Origin: an uncultured Chloroflexota bacterium
Lineage (GTDB): Bacteria; Chloroflexota; Limnocylindria; Limnocylindrales; Limnocylindraceae
Length of the DNA stretch: 64,000 nucleotides
Assembly: GCA_903864185.1 (NCBI GenBank)
Contig: CAIPEX010000009.1
Coordinates: 44,281 to 108,280 of the forward strand
Reading direction: 5' to 3'
Below, in pieces: positions 29,563 to 39,228 of this stretch. The translations under genes were made by a program, and so were the position numbers. Within the stretch, counting starts at the first letter, position 1; each line of letters begins with the position of its first letter. The notes below the pieces were generated by a model, which worked only from the letters and a program-made list of their open reading frames with translations, was not told where the DNA came from and ran no database searches.

Positions 29563-29584
29563 GGTGGCAACGTACACTATCGAC

Positions 29585-31003
29585 ATGTTTGAGGGCCTCG
29601 GAACCGCGCTCCGCAGCTCCCTGCAGCGCCTTGGCGGCCGAGGGCGCATGAGTGCCGCAGACCTGGATGCCGGTCTTGCGGAGATACGTACGGCACTCGT
29701 TGATGCAGACGTTGCGACACCCGTTGCCGACGCGCTCATTACCCGCGTCCGTGTTGATGCCCTGACACAGGAGCTCGTTGGTGGACTCGGAGTAGGGGAG
29801 CGTCTCCTGGCGATTGTCCATAGCGCCCTTACCGAGACGCTCGGCGGTACGGCACGTGAGCTCGATCTGCGCGAGCGCCCCGCCACCATCTTGCTCCTCG
29901 GTTTGCAGGGGGCGGGGAAGACGACGACCGCAGCGAAGCTTGCCCAGTGGTTTGCCCGTGAGGGGCGGCGCCCCCTCCTCGTCGCAGCAGACCCACGACG
30001 ACCCGCTGCGGCGGAGCAGCTTGCCCTTCTCGGAGCAGCAGTGAACATCCCCGTGCATCGTGAGCCCCTCGGGACGCCCGTCGCAGAGATTGGTAGGCGC
30101 GCGATTGCGGCTGCGAAACGCCTCGGCCTCGACCTCGTGATCCTCGATAGTTCTGGTCGAACGACACTCGACGATGATCTCCTCACCGAGTTACGCGAAT
30201 TACGCGCAGCAACACAACCGCGCGAGCGGCTGCTCGTCCTTGATGCAGCGACCGGGCAGCAGGCGCTGCGCGTCGCCGAAGGATTCGCAGAAGCGGTGGA
30301 GCCAACAGGTGCCATTCTCGCCAAGCTCGATGGCGATGCACGCGGTGGCGCTGCACTCACCGTTGCGGGTGGGGCGGGCATCCCAGTCGTGTTTATCGGC
30401 ACAGGTGAGCGCTCAGACGCCCTTGAGCGCTTCCATCCAGATCGCATCGCGCGACGGATCCTTGACATGGGCGACCTGGATACGCTCGCCGAACTCGTTC
30501 AGCAGCGTGGAGTGGCAAAGCAGGGTGCGTCCCCTGAACTCAACGAGGAGCGCATCAAACGCGGTGATCTCACCTTTGACGACCTTCTTGCACAACTGCG
30601 GCAGATGGCCACCCTTGGCCCGATCGGCCAGGTCGTGAAGATGATCCCGGGGATGGGCGGCATGGCGGCTCAGGCCGAGGCGGCAGCAGCGAGCGGTGAG
30701 TTCGGGCGCGCGGAGGCGATCATCCTCTCGATGACACCTGCCGAGCGACGCGACCCGGCGCTCTTGAGCATGGCGCGCCGCCGCCGTATCGCTGGTGGGG
30801 CGGGGCGAGCACTCGAAGAGGTGAATCGCCTCGTGAAGCGCCTCGAGGAGATGCGCCTCCTCATGCGGCGCTCCAGTGGGGTAGATCCGAGCCGCCTCAT
30901 GGCTGGTGGCGGTGCCCTGCGTGGAAAGCATGCTGGCGGGCACCAGCGCCCGAAGGAGACCCAGCGTGAGAAAAAGGCTCGGAGGAAGGGGAAACGCCGC
31001 TAG
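29585..31003 (+). CDS. ffh: signal recognition particle protein Ffh
   Basis: Conserved N-terminus MFEGLGTALRSSLQRLGGRGR..., G domain LGLQGAGKTTTAAKLA and M domain with basic C-terminus. The track ORF start (29417) was rejected in favour of the conserved start. Confidence 0.93.
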   Translation: MFEGLGTALRSSLQRLGGRGRMSAADLDAGLAEIRTALVDADVATPVADALITRVRVDALTQELVGGLGVGERLLAIVHSALTETLGGTARELDLRERPATILLLGLQGAGKTTTAAKLAQWFAREGRRPLLVAADPRRPAAAEQLALLGAAVNIPVHREPLGTPVAEIGRRAIAAAKRLGLDLVILDSSGRTTLDDDLLTELRELRAATQPRERLLVLDAATGQQALRVAEGFAEAVEPTGAILAKLDGDARGGAALTVAGGAGIPVVFIGTGERSDALERFHPDRIARRILDMGDLDTLAELVQQRGVAKQGASPELNEERIKRGDLTFDDLLAQLRQMATLGPIGQVVKMIPGMGGMAAQAEAAAASGEFGRAEAIILSMTPAERRDPALLSMARRRRIAGGAGRALEEVNRLVKRLEEMRLLMRRSSGVDPSRLMAGGGALRGKHAGGHQRPKETQREKKARRKGKRR

Positions 31004-31118
31004 CCAGGGGGCGAGAGATGCGCAACCTGCCCGGAGCCGCTACCATCACCCGACAGGCCGCCTCGGCTGTACGGGGCATCCGCCCAGCATCCGCTGGGCC
31101 CAGGAGGAGCAAAACGGC

Positions 31119-31649
31119 ATGAGTGTTCGCATCAGACTTGCTCGCGTTGGCGCAACTCGCCAGCCTTCGTATCGCGTTGTCGCTACTGATCGCCGCCGCG
31201 CGCGCGATGGTCGCGCACTGGAAATCCTCGGCCACTACAACCCTCGCACCGAACCAATGACACTGGTGCTCGACCTGACAAAGATTGACGCCTGGATTTC
31301 GAAGGGCGCGCTTCCATCCGACGTTGTCGGCAAGTTGATCACGAAGGCACGTGGTAACGCGCCGGTCATGGGTGGCAAGACTGGGCCAAAGGCCGCAGAG
31401 AAGGGCTACACCGCACCTGGCACACGTCCAGTTGTTGCTGAGGCGGAGACCGTTGTCGTTGAGGCCGCACCAGAAGCCGCGGCAGACGTGGTAGCGGAGA
31501 CCGCACCAGAGACCGCTGACGCATCGCCAGTCGATGCTCCAGTTGCTGAGGTCGCCCCAGATGCACCCGTAGAAACACCAGCAGTCGAGGAAGTGGCGCA
31601 GCCCGTTGCTGAAGCTGCAGCTCCTGAAACAACGACAGAGGAGGCATAA
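31119..31649 (+). CDS. rpsP: 30S ribosomal protein S16 with long acidic Ala/Pro/Glu/Val-rich C-terminal extension
   Basis: MSVRIRLARVGATRQPSYRVVATDRRRARDGRALEILGHYNP is the S16 core. Shine-Dalgarno sequence CAGGAGGAG. 176 aa against about 80-90 aa typical. Confidence 0.88.
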   Translation: MSVRIRLARVGATRQPSYRVVATDRRRARDGRALEILGHYNPRTEPMTLVLDLTKIDAWISKGALPSDVVGKLITKARGNAPVMGGKTGPKAAEKGYTAPGTRPVVAEAETVVVEAAPEAAADVVAETAPETADASPVDAPVAEVAPDAPVETPAVEEVAQPVAEAAAPETTTEEA

Positions 31650-31886
31650 ATGGCCGCCGCAGATTTCGTCGAGTACGTTGCTCGATCACTTGCAGATAAT
31701 CCAGACGGCGTAAGTGTTGAAGTGCAGCAGGACGGCAGCGCCGTTGTGCTGCGGCTTCTCGTTGACGAAGACGACATGGGTCGCGTCATCGGACGAAACG
31801 GGAGCATTGCGAAGGCACTCCGCAGCCTCCTGAAGGTCATCTCAAACCGAACGGGAGAGAACTACGTCCTCGAAATCGGCGAGTGA
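31650..31886 (+). CDS. KH-domain RNA-binding protein (YlqC/UPF0109 family)
   Basis: 78 aa with GRVIGRNGSIAKALRSLL, the KH GxxG motif. Conserved position between rpsP and rimM. Confidence 0.8.
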   Translation: MAAADFVEYVARSLADNPDGVSVEVQQDGSAVVLRLLVDEDDMGRVIGRNGSIAKALRSLLKVISNRTGENYVLEIGE

Positions 31887-31944
31887 CCTTGCCCGCGACC
31901 TTCGGGTCGCGCAGGTCCGTGGCGTTCGCGGCCTCGATGGCACC

Positions 31945-32448
31945 GTGCGTATCGAAGTGCTCAGCGATCGCCCCGAACACTGGTTTACCCCTGGCATGCG
32001 CCTCACTGTCGAAACGGGAGGGAGGCAGCTCACCATCCTCGAGTCGATGCCAGCCTCACCTGGTTGGTTCCTTCGCTTTGGCGAGGTCGCAAGTCGCCTC
32101 GCCGGCGAGCGCTTGATCGGCGCCTATCTCACAGCAGTTTCTACCGATCAGCTTGAGCCGGGTCGCGTCTATTGGGACGATGTGATCGGCGTGACGGTAC
32201 GAGATGTCAACGGTGCCGAGATTGGTGTCATCCACGACTGCTATCGCACCGGCGGCGCCGAGGTCTACATTCTCACGACCCCCGATGGTGGCGAGATCGA
32301 TCTCCCCGCTATCCCATCGATTATCGTCACGTTTGAGCCGCGCGACGGCATCATTGTTGCCGACCTCACAGGCTCAGAGCTGAGCGTGAGAAAGCCCCCC
32401 GCTCCGCGTCGACGACCCGTCGCGAAGAAGCGCGACGGCAAGCCATGA
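31945..32448 (+). CDS. rimM: 16S rRNA processing protein RimM (start uncertain; homology continues upstream to about 31888)
   Basis: RimM fold with PRC barrel C-terminal domain. The upstream in-frame translation [21 protein letters not shown] is RimM-like, but no ATG/GTG/TTG is available before the GTG at 31945. Confidence 0.75.
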   Translation: MRIEVLSDRPEHWFTPGMRLTVETGGRQLTILESMPASPGWFLRFGEVASRLAGERLIGAYLTAVSTDQLEPGRVYWDDVIGVTVRDVNGAEIGVIHDCYRTGGAEVYILTTPDGGEIDLPAIPSIIVTFEPRDGIIVADLTGSELSVRKPPAPRRRPVAKKRDGKP

Positions 32449-33152
32449 GCGGAGCAGCCGCAGCGCTTCGGATTGATATCGTCTCGCTCTTCCCTGACAT
32501 GGTTCGCGCGTCGTTGGACGCGAGCATCCCTGCACGCGCAGTTGAGCGAGGCCTTGCGCAGATTGAGTATCACGACCTGCGGCGATGGGGGATTGGGAAA
32601 CACCGCGCCGTGGACGACGAGCCCTATGGCGGCGGGGCTGGCATGTTGATGCGTCCAGAGCCACTTGTCGAGGCAATAGAAGAACTCCGCACCCCCGAAA
32701 GTCTCGTTGTCTTGTTTGATGCCGGTGGCGAGCGTCTGCGCCAACCGCGCGTTCGTGACCTTGCCACGAGGCCGCACCTCGTCATCCTCTGCGGCCGCTA
32801 TGAGGGGGTTGATGAGCGCGTTCGTGCATATGTGGATCTTGAGCTGAGCATTGGCGATTTTGTCCTCTCTGGTGGAGAGCCAGCCGCTGCACTCCTTTGT
32901 GATGCCATCCTGCGCATCATCCCCGGCGCAATCGATGCAGCCTCGCTCGACGAAGAGTCGTTCTCTACAGAACTCCTCGAGTACCCGCAATTCACTCGAC
33001 CCGCAGAGTTCCGGGGGGTCGGCGTCCCTGAGGTGCTGACCTCAGGCAACCATGCTGCGGTGGCCGCCTGGCGGCGCGAGCAGGCAGAGCGCCGGACTGC
33101 GGAGCGACGCCCCGACCTCTTGAACCCCTCTCCCCGTGGCTCGAGGGAGTAG
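32445..33152 (+). CDS. trmD: tRNA (guanine37-N1)-methyltransferase TrmD
   Basis: [10 protein letters not shown]..., ...[13 protein letters not shown] and SPOUT knot motifs. Confidence 0.92.
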   Translation: MSGAAAALRIDIVSLFPDMVRASLDASIPARAVERGLAQIEYHDLRRWGIGKHRAVDDEPYGGGAGMLMRPEPLVEAIEELRTPESLVVLFDAGGERLRQPRVRDLATRPHLVILCGRYEGVDERVRAYVDLELSIGDFVLSGGEPAAALLCDAILRIIPGAIDAASLDEESFSTELLEYPQFTRPAEFRGVGVPEVLTSGNHAAVAAWRREQAERRTAERRPDLLNPSPRGSRE

Positions 33153-33224
33153 CCAGCCACCCACGGGCCTGTGCTATCGTTAGCAGCCGCTGGCAGGGTT
33201 CCTGCCTTACACCACGGAGAACCA

Positions 33225-33680
33225 ATGGACCTCATTCGTACACTCACCGACGCGCAGCTGAAGACCGACCTGCCAGAGATCAAGACGGGTGACACCGTCA
33301 AGGTTTCTGCGAAGGTCGTGGAAGGCAATCGCGAGCGAATCCAGGTCTTTGAGGGAACCGTTATGCGCTTGCGCGGCGGCGGTCTTGGACTAACAATCAC
33401 CGTTCGCCGCATTGCGTCGGGCGTCGGCGTTGAGCGAACCTTTAAGGTGCACAGCCCACGCATCGAGAAGATCGAAGTCTTGCGACACGGCATCTCACAT
33501 CGAGCACAGCTCTACTTCCTCCGTGACCGCGTCGGAAAGCGCTCATCGCTGCGCGAGAAGCTTGGCGTCCCAGGCGAGGCGAGCGTTGCAGAGGTTGCCG
33601 CCGAAGAGGCGATAACGCCACCAGTACCAGCCCCCGTTGAGGCTGAGGTCGTAGAAGCATCGGAGCAAGATCCAGCGTGA
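33225..33680 (+). CDS. rplS: 50S ribosomal protein L19 with acidic Pro/Ala/Val/Glu-rich C-terminal tail
   Basis: GDTVKVSAKVVEGNRERIQVFEGTVMRLRGGGLGLTITVRRIASGVGVERTF is the L19 core. Conserved start MDLIRT at 33225; the track ORF opened earlier. Confidence 0.9.
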   Translation: MDLIRTLTDAQLKTDLPEIKTGDTVKVSAKVVEGNRERIQVFEGTVMRLRGGGLGLTITVRRIASGVGVERTFKVHSPRIEKIEVLRHGISHRAQLYFLRDRVGKRSSLREKLGVPGEASVAEVAAEEAITPPVPAPVEAEVVEASEQDPA

Positions 33681-34345
33681 TCACTGCGCGGCCGGATCGC
33701 GGCCGCACAATTCCAACACGTGATGCTGAAGAGCGGCACGGGCATCCAGAGCGATCCGTTGTTGGCATTGACGAGGTTGGTCTTGCCCCACTTGCTGGCC
33801 CAGTTGTCGCATGCGCAATCCTCATGCCGTCAGGAGCGATGATCCCTGGGGTTCGCGACTCGAAGCAGCTCTCACCGGCTCGCCGCCAGGTCTTGAACGC
33901 GGCGATCCGCGCCGACGCCATCGCAGTTGGGATCGGTGCCGCGTCAGCGCGTGAGGTAGAGCGACTGAATCCACGTGCAGCATCACATCTTGCAATGCAG
34001 CGTGCCGTCGCTCAGCTTCGCCGGCGCGGGGCTCAGCCCGATATCTGCCTTGTTGATGGCGGCCCTGCTCGTGAGCTGGCGGCACTCATCGGCGAGCACG
34101 AGACGATCGTCAAGGGCGATACGAGCGTCTATGCCATCGCATGCGCCTCAATCGTTGCGAAGGTGCTCCGCGACCAACTCATGGCGCGTCTTGCATCACG
34201 ATATCCAGGATATGGCTGGTCGTCGAACGTTGGCTACCCTTCGCCGGCCCACCTCCGCGCCCTTGAGACAGAGGGGATCACCGCCCACCATCGACGAACC
34301 TATGCGCCCGTTGCGGCCGTGTTAAACCGTGGAGGGCGCGAGTAA
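33677..34345 (+). CDS. rnhB: ribonuclease HII
   Basis: VGIDEVGLAPLAGPVVA (DE..G motif), ...DSKQLS... and ...YAIACASIVAK. Confidence 0.88.
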   Translation: MITARPDRGRTIPTRDAEERHGHPERSVVGIDEVGLAPLAGPVVACAILMPSGAMIPGVRDSKQLSPARRQVLNAAIRADAIAVGIGAASAREVERLNPRAASHLAMQRAVAQLRRRGAQPDICLVDGGPARELAALIGEHETIVKGDTSVYAIACASIVAKVLRDQLMARLASRYPGYGWSSNVGYPSPAHLRALETEGITAHHRRTYAPVAAVLNRGGRE

Positions 34346-34389
34346 TCCGCCATACGTGAGTGATGCGCAGCGCGCCGTAAGGTGCAGCG

Positions 34390-34737
34390 GTGAAGCTACG
34401 AGATGAAGAGCGGCATGTGCGCGGTGTCCGTGCAGAGCAGATCGCGGCAGCGGCACTCGCCGCAGCGGGCTGGCGCATCTACGCTCGGAACCACCGCATC
34501 GCCGGACTCGAGATCGACATCCTCGCCCGCGATCCCCGCGGGCAGCTCGTTGCCGTTGAGGTGCGTCGCCGAGCCCAACTCGGGGCGGAGGGACCGTTTG
34601 CGCTCCTCGGTGCACGTAAGGTTGCCGCCCTACGTCGCCAGCGCGATGCGCTCCCCGAAATTACGCGGATCGACCTCCTCTTCGTGCTTGGCGAGCCAGG
34701 CCGCGAGCGGCTTCGCCTCGTGCGGGGGATCGCCTGA
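34390..34737 (+). CDS. yraN: YraN/UPF0102 family endonuclease
   Basis: GE.IAA..L...GWRIYARNHRIAGLEIDILARD...LVAVEVRRR pattern. Conserved neighbour of rnhB in actinobacteria. Confidence 0.75.
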   Translation: MKLRDEERHVRGVRAEQIAAAALAAAGWRIYARNHRIAGLEIDILARDPRGQLVAVEVRRRAQLGAEGPFALLGARKVAALRRQRDALPEITRIDLLFVLGEPGRERLRLVRGIA

Positions 34738-34890
34738 ACCCCTCTCCGGTGCGTGCTACCATCTCTCAGCACTCGCAAGAGGCCTGCACTGAAAGGTGCA
34801 GAAATACGCACGCGGACTATGACGCCTCACAACGGTGGCCCTTCGGGGTCGTGACAGCGCCCCGCGGTGGACTAACCGTGAAGGAGAACT

Positions 34891-35763
34891 ATGGCGACAG
34901 TTACGATGCGCGACCTTCTTGAGGTCGGAGCACACTTTGGTCATCAGACACGACGCTGGAATCCAAAGATGGCCCCCTACATTTATGCCCAGCGCAATGG
35001 CATTCACATCCTTGACCTCGCGAAGAGTGCGAAGCACCTCCAGATCGCCCTTGACGCGGTTCGAGAGTGCGCCGCGAATGGTGAGTCGATCCTCTTCGTT
35101 GGAACGAAGAAGCAGGCACAGGGCCCTGTGCAGGAAGAGGCAACACGTGCAGGTCAGCCATACGTGACGAAGCGCTGGCTCGGCGGCATGCTTACAAACT
35201 TCACGACGATTCGCAAGCGTCTCACCCTCATGGAGCAGATCGAGGCACGTGAGCAGGCTGGCGAATTCGCACTCATGTCGAAGAAAGAGGCCGCCCGACT
35301 CGGCGATAAGCTCGAGAAGCTCCGTGGCACCTTGAACGGCATGCGCCGCCTTCGAAAGGCCCCGGGGATGGTATTCATCATCGATCCGAGCCGCGAGACG
35401 CTCGCTGCGCTCGAGGCGAACAAGCTCGGTATCCCCGTAGTTGGAACGGCAGATACCAACGTGAACCCCGATCAGTTGCAGTACCCGATCCCCGTCAACG
35501 ATGACGCGATCAAGTGCATTCGCTTGATCTGCGCATCGGTGGCAGATGCGGTGATTGAGGGCGCAGCGATTCGAGCGGCGCGCCTCCCAGAGCTTGAAGC
35601 GCAAGAGGCTGCAGCAGCCGCAGAGGGTGCTGAGCCGGTACCTGGTGCAAGCGAGGCGCAGGACGACCTCGTTGCAGCGCTGAGTGCGGCTGGAACCTTC
35701 AGCTTCTCCCCAGACGAAGACCCTGATACCGCCGCCGTGACTGGCGACGAGACGAAAGCGTAG
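34891..35763 (+). CDS. rpsB: 30S ribosomal protein S2
   Basis: [32 protein letters not shown]... Shine-Dalgarno sequence GAAGGAG. Confidence 0.95.
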   Translation: MATVTMRDLLEVGAHFGHQTRRWNPKMAPYIYAQRNGIHILDLAKSAKHLQIALDAVRECAANGESILFVGTKKQAQGPVQEEATRAGQPYVTKRWLGGMLTNFTTIRKRLTLMEQIEAREQAGEFALMSKKEAARLGDKLEKLRGTLNGMRRLRKAPGMVFIIDPSRETLAALEANKLGIPVVGTADTNVNPDQLQYPIPVNDDAIKCIRLICASVADAVIEGAAIRAARLPELEAQEAAAAAEGAEPVPGASEAQDDLVAALSAAGTFSFSPDEDPDTAAVTGDETKA

Positions 35764-35770
35764 GCGAGCG

Positions 35771-36367
35771 ATGGCGATTACCGCTGAAGCTGTAAAGGAC
35801 CTGCGCGAGCGAACCGGTGCAGGAATGATGGACTGCAAGCGTGCCTTGCAGGAGGCAGATGGCGATGTAGAAAAGGCAGTGCTTGCACTGCGCGAGGCGG
35901 GTCTCGCTGCCGCTGCAAAGAAGGCTGGCCGTGAAGCTCGAGAGGGTCTCGTCTCGTCGTACATCCACACGGGTGGGCGCGTCGGCGTACTCCTTGAGGT
36001 GAACTGCGAAACAGACTTTGTCGCTCGCAATGAGCAGTTCCAGAAACTCGTGCGCGACATCGCAATGCAGATCGCTGGTCTCGCTCCGCTCTACGTGAGT
36101 CGCGAGCATGTGCCACCCGAAGCAATCGAGGCCAAGCGTGTAGCGCTTGAGCTCGACGAGGCACTTGCGAAAAAGCCAGAAACCGTCCGAGCGCAGATTG
36201 TTGACGGGCAGATTCGCAAGTGGCTTGAGGAGATCTGCCTGCTCGAGCAGCCGTTCCGCGATGGCGACCAGACAGTAGAGCAACTGATCACGAATGCCAT
36301 CGCGACGATCGGCGAGAACATCCGCGTGCGACGCTTTGTGCGATACGCCCTCGGCGAGGAGATCTAG
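35771..36367 (+). CDS. tsf: elongation factor Ts
   Basis: [19 protein letters not shown] (UBA-like N-terminus) and [13 protein letters not shown]. Confidence 0.93.
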   Translation: MAITAEAVKDLRERTGAGMMDCKRALQEADGDVEKAVLALREAGLAAAAKKAGREAREGLVSSYIHTGGRVGVLLEVNCETDFVARNEQFQKLVRDIAMQIAGLAPLYVSREHVPPEAIEAKRVALELDEALAKKPETVRAQIVDGQIRKWLEEICLLEQPFRDGDQTVEQLITNAIATIGENIRVRRFVRYALGEEI

Positions 36368-36390
36368 TTCGGTAGGTAGGGGAGGCGGCC

Positions 36391-37125
36391 ATGACGAGCG
36401 CAACGCGCTATCGACGGATCCTTCTAAAGCTCTCCGGCGAGGCGCTGCTTGGCGATCTCGAGTACGGAGTTGACCCGAAGGTCGTTGCATTCGTTGCCGA
36501 ACAGGTCCGCAGCGTGCGCGATCTCGGTGTCGAAGTTGGCATCGTGGTTGGCGGCGGAAATATCTTCCGTGGGATGGCCGCTGCAACTGCCACGGGCATG
36601 GATCGTGCGACTGCTGACTACATCGGCATGCTTGCCACGGCAATGAACGGGCTCGCTCTGCAAGATGGACTTGAGCGCGGTGGTGTGCCGACGCGCGTCA
36701 TGACAGCCATCGACATGAATGAGGTTGCAGAGCCCTACATTCGCCGCCGTGCTGTTCGCCATATAGAGAAGGGTCGCGTGGTGATCTTCGTCTGCGGAAC
36801 AGGCAATCCGTACTTCACGACCGACACTGCAGCAGCGCTGCGAGCAGTAGAGATCGGCGCCGAGATTGTCTTGAAGGCAACGAAAGTTGATGGCGTCTAC
36901 GACAAAGATCCTGTCCAGCACACAGACGCAAAACGGTATTCAAGCATCACGTACTCGAAGGTGCTTGTTGATGGCCTCAAGGTTCTTGATGCCGCAGCCG
37001 TATCCCTTTGCATGGAGAACGATCTCCCGATCGTGGTCTTTGATCTTGATGCGCACGAGAACATTGTGAAAGCCGTTCGTGGAGAGGATATTGGCACGTT
37101 AATCAGTCGTGGAGGTGAGCGATGA
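36391..37125 (+). CDS. pyrH: uridylate kinase
   Basis: [13 protein letters not shown] and ...[10 protein letters not shown]. Confidence 0.93.
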   Translation: MTSATRYRRILLKLSGEALLGDLEYGVDPKVVAFVAEQVRSVRDLGVEVGIVVGGGNIFRGMAAATATGMDRATADYIGMLATAMNGLALQDGLERGGVPTRVMTAIDMNEVAEPYIRRRAVRHIEKGRVVIFVCGTGNPYFTTDTAAALRAVEIGAEIVLKATKVDGVYDKDPVQHTDAKRYSSITYSKVLVDGLKVLDAAAVSLCMENDLPIVVFDLDAHENIVKAVRGEDIGTLISRGGER

Positions 37126-37667
37126 GCGATCGAGCTGCAGAGCGAATGACGAAAGCGGTCGAGGCATTTGCCCGAGACCTGAGCGGATTCCGCACCGGTC
37201 GCGCGAGCGCCGCACTGGTGGAGCGGGTGACCGTCGAAGCCTACGGTGCCGCAACGCCGTTGAATCAGATGGCAGGGATCAGCGTTCCCGAGAACACGTT
37301 GCTCGTTATCCAGCCATGGGACCCAAGCATGATCCCCGCAATTGAGAAGGCACTGAATAACGCCCAGCTCGGGATGACGCCAGCCGTCGATGGAGGAGTG
37401 ATTCGCCTCCGCGTTCCCTCCATGACTGAGGAGCGGCGTAAGGAGTTGGTCAAGCAGATGGGGAAGCGTGCAGAAGAGGCACGCGTTGAGATCCGGAGCA
37501 TTCGGCGCGACGAACAAGACGCTGTTAAGAAGGCCGAGAAGGCTCATGAGATTGGCGAAGATGACGCGCGGCGTCAGATGGATGCAATCCAGAAGCAGAC
37601 CGATGCGAAGGTTGCGGAGATTGATAAGTTGGCGACATCCAAGGAGCGCGAGGTTCTCGAAGGGTGA
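37122..37667 (+). CDS. frr: ribosome recycling factor
   Basis: ...[20 protein letters not shown].... Confidence 0.93.
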   Translation: MSDRAAERMTKAVEAFARDLSGFRTGRASAALVERVTVEAYGAATPLNQMAGISVPENTLLVIQPWDPSMIPAIEKALNNAQLGMTPAVDGGVIRLRVPSMTEERRKELVKQMGKRAEEARVEIRSIRRDEQDAVKKAEKAHEIGEDDARRQMDAIQKQTDAKVAEIDKLATSKEREVLEG

Positions 37668-38413
37668 GCGACCCCGGAGTAGCGCGACCAGTCGACTCCC
37701 CGCCCCTCGTGCACTCGGAGACACTCCAGCACGAAGCGATCAAGCACGTTGCAATCATCATGGACGGGAATCGCCGCTGGGCTCGCGATCGAGGCCTCGA
37801 CGAGATTGAGGGACACGTTGCTGGAACTGAAGCGCTGCGTGCCGTTGTCCGGAGGGCGGCGGAGTGCAGCATCCAGCACCTCACGGTGTACGCCTTTAGC
37901 CGAGAGAACTGGGCACGAAGCGATAGCGAGGTTACGGCGCTCTTTGCGCTCTTGGCGACGACGATTGAGCGAGAGACCGATCAGCTGATCGCCAACAATG
38001 TCCGGGTCTCTTTTCTCGGGCGTATCGATGAACTTCCAGGCGACACCGCGTCACGAATCATCGCAGCCTGCGAGAAGACTGCCGCTGGTAGCGGCCTGCA
38101 ACTCCACGTTGCGTTTAACTATGCGAGCCGTACGGAGATCGTGGATGCAGTTCGATCACTCATACGTTCTGGAGCAAAGGCCGAACAGATTGATGAAGCA
38201 TCGGTAAGCGGCGCCCTGTACACGGCTGGGATTCCCGATCCTGATCTGCTTATTCGCACGGGCGGAGAAGAGCGGCTCTCGAACTTTCTCCTCTGGCAGT
38301 GCGCATATGCAGAAATTTTCACCTGGCCTGGACTCTGGCCTGACTTCGACCCCGCCGCCTTTGACGCTGCCCTTGCCGCGTACGCGCTCCGCCTCCGAAG
38401 GCTCGGCCGATGA
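37664..38413 (+). CDS. uppS: undecaprenyl diphosphate synthase (cis-prenyltransferase)
   Basis: HVAIIMDGNRRWA... and ...RTGGEERLSNFLLWQ. Confidence 0.9.
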   Translation: MSDPGVARPVDSPPLVHSETLQHEAIKHVAIIMDGNRRWARDRGLDEIEGHVAGTEALRAVVRRAAECSIQHLTVYAFSRENWARSDSEVTALFALLATTIERETDQLIANNVRVSFLGRIDELPGDTASRIIAACEKTAAGSGLQLHVAFNYASRTEIVDAVRSLIRSGAKAEQIDEASVSGALYTAGIPDPDLLIRTGGEERLSNFLLWQCAYAEIFTWPGLWPDFDPAAFDAALAAYALRLRRLGR

Positions 38414-39228
38414 GTAGCACGCTCTCGCAACGCGCAGTCGGCTCGGTGCTCGTCATTCCTGTTGGCCTCTCCCTCTTGCTCTGGCCACTTGGGACGCTTA
38501 CGGTAACGGTGCTGCTGATCGCTCTTGCCGCGCGAGAGGCTGGGTGGCTTTTCACGAAGATTCTCGGTGGTGCATCTGGCACGTGGGCCGCGCTGCTTCT
38601 CCTTGCGCCGCTTGCCGGCGCACAGCTATCTGCTGAGGGAGCTGCAATTGCAGGCTTGGCAGCTTTACTGCTCTTCCTTGCAGGCGAACTTGCGCAAGCA
38701 GTGCGCGCGCCCAGTACATCACTTACCAGAAGGGCAGCGACACTCGTTGGAACGCTCGCCGTTGCAGTTTGGCTTAGTCCACTCCTGCTCTTCCCCGTGC
38801 TCGGTAGCGTCGAGCCTCACGGCCCAGTTGCCCCATGGCTGACGTGGATGCTCGTCGTTGTGTGGAGTGCTGATACTGCGGCGCTCGTGACAGGGATGCT
38901 CTTCGGGCGCAGGAAACTTGCGCCGCGCCTCTCACCGAAGAAGAGTGTCGAAGGCCTCTTCGGCGGTGTTGCCATCGCAACACTCCTGGGAACAGTCACC
39001 GCCGCGTATTTGCTCAACATCGCACCACTCACTGCAGGCATTGCTTCGTGTGCAGTTGCATGCGCGGCAGAGGGGGGAGACCTCCTCGAATCGCTCTTCA
39101 AGCGGGCTGCAGGCACGAAGAGCTCGTCGAGGCTCATCCCTGGACACGGTGGCGTCCTCGACCGCATCGATAGCCTTGTTATTGCCGCACCCGTAGTGCT
39201 GCTCGTCTACCTCTTGGTAACACCGTAA
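38410..39228 (+). CDS. cdsA: phosphatidate cytidylyltransferase
   Basis: Multi-TM profile with the CTP-transferase signature ...KRAAGTKSSSRLIPGHGGVLDRIDSL. Confidence 0.85.
   Translation: MSSTLSQRAVGSVLVIPVGLSLLLWPLGTLTVTVLLIALAAREAGWLFTKILGGASGTWAALLLLAPLAGAQLSAEGAAIAGLAALLLFLAGELAQAVRAPSTSLTRRAATLVGTLAVAVWLSPLLLFPVLGSVEPHGPVAPWLTWMLVVVWSADTAALVTGMLFGRRKLAPRLSPKKSVEGLFGGVAIATLLGTVTAAYLLNIAPLTAGIASCAVACAAEGGDLLESLFKRAAGTKSSSRLIPGHGGVLDRIDSLVIAAPVVLLVYLLVTP

Noticed and set aside
29417-29584. N-terminal extension of the ffh ORF (MMARRGRAARVMNEPK...).
   Set aside because: The conserved Ffh N-terminus MFEGLGTALRSSL begins at 29585. The extension is Arg-rich junk. The rpsP (30906..31118), acpP (22621..22683), rplS (33171..33224), rpmB (15232..15333) and rseP (40265..40369) ORFs were trimmed the same way to their conserved starts.
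28252-30468. 738-aa minus-strand ORF in the track.
   Set aside because: Only the C-terminal 436 aa (28252..29562) form a coherent MFS transporter. The N-terminal 300 aa are antisense to the conserved ffh G-domain and low-complexity.
31374-31649. Low-complexity nucleotide repeats (GCNCCNGAR-like) that could be taken for a tandem repeat or CRISPR-like array.
   Set aside because: They are in frame within rpsP and encode the Ala/Pro/Glu tail. There is no repeat-spacer periodicity. I see no CRISPR arrays anywhere in the window.
31800-31801. Apparent 1-nt frame discrepancies between my manual reading of the printed sequence and the ORF track, at the line boundaries 31800/31801 and 41400/41401.
   Set aside because: These are most likely reading artefacts at line breaks and not genuine frameshifts. 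The ORF-track translations are coherent: the KH protein and the RseP/IspG junction make sense. I therefore took coordinates from the track plus codon offsets.
33677-34345. RNase HII with GLAPLAG instead of the usual GRGPLAG after the catalytic DE.
   Set aside because: The catalytic Asp/Glu (GIDEVG) and downstream motifs are intact. This is probably a harmless lineage variant. It is not strong enough to call a pseudogene or a neofunctionalised paralogue.
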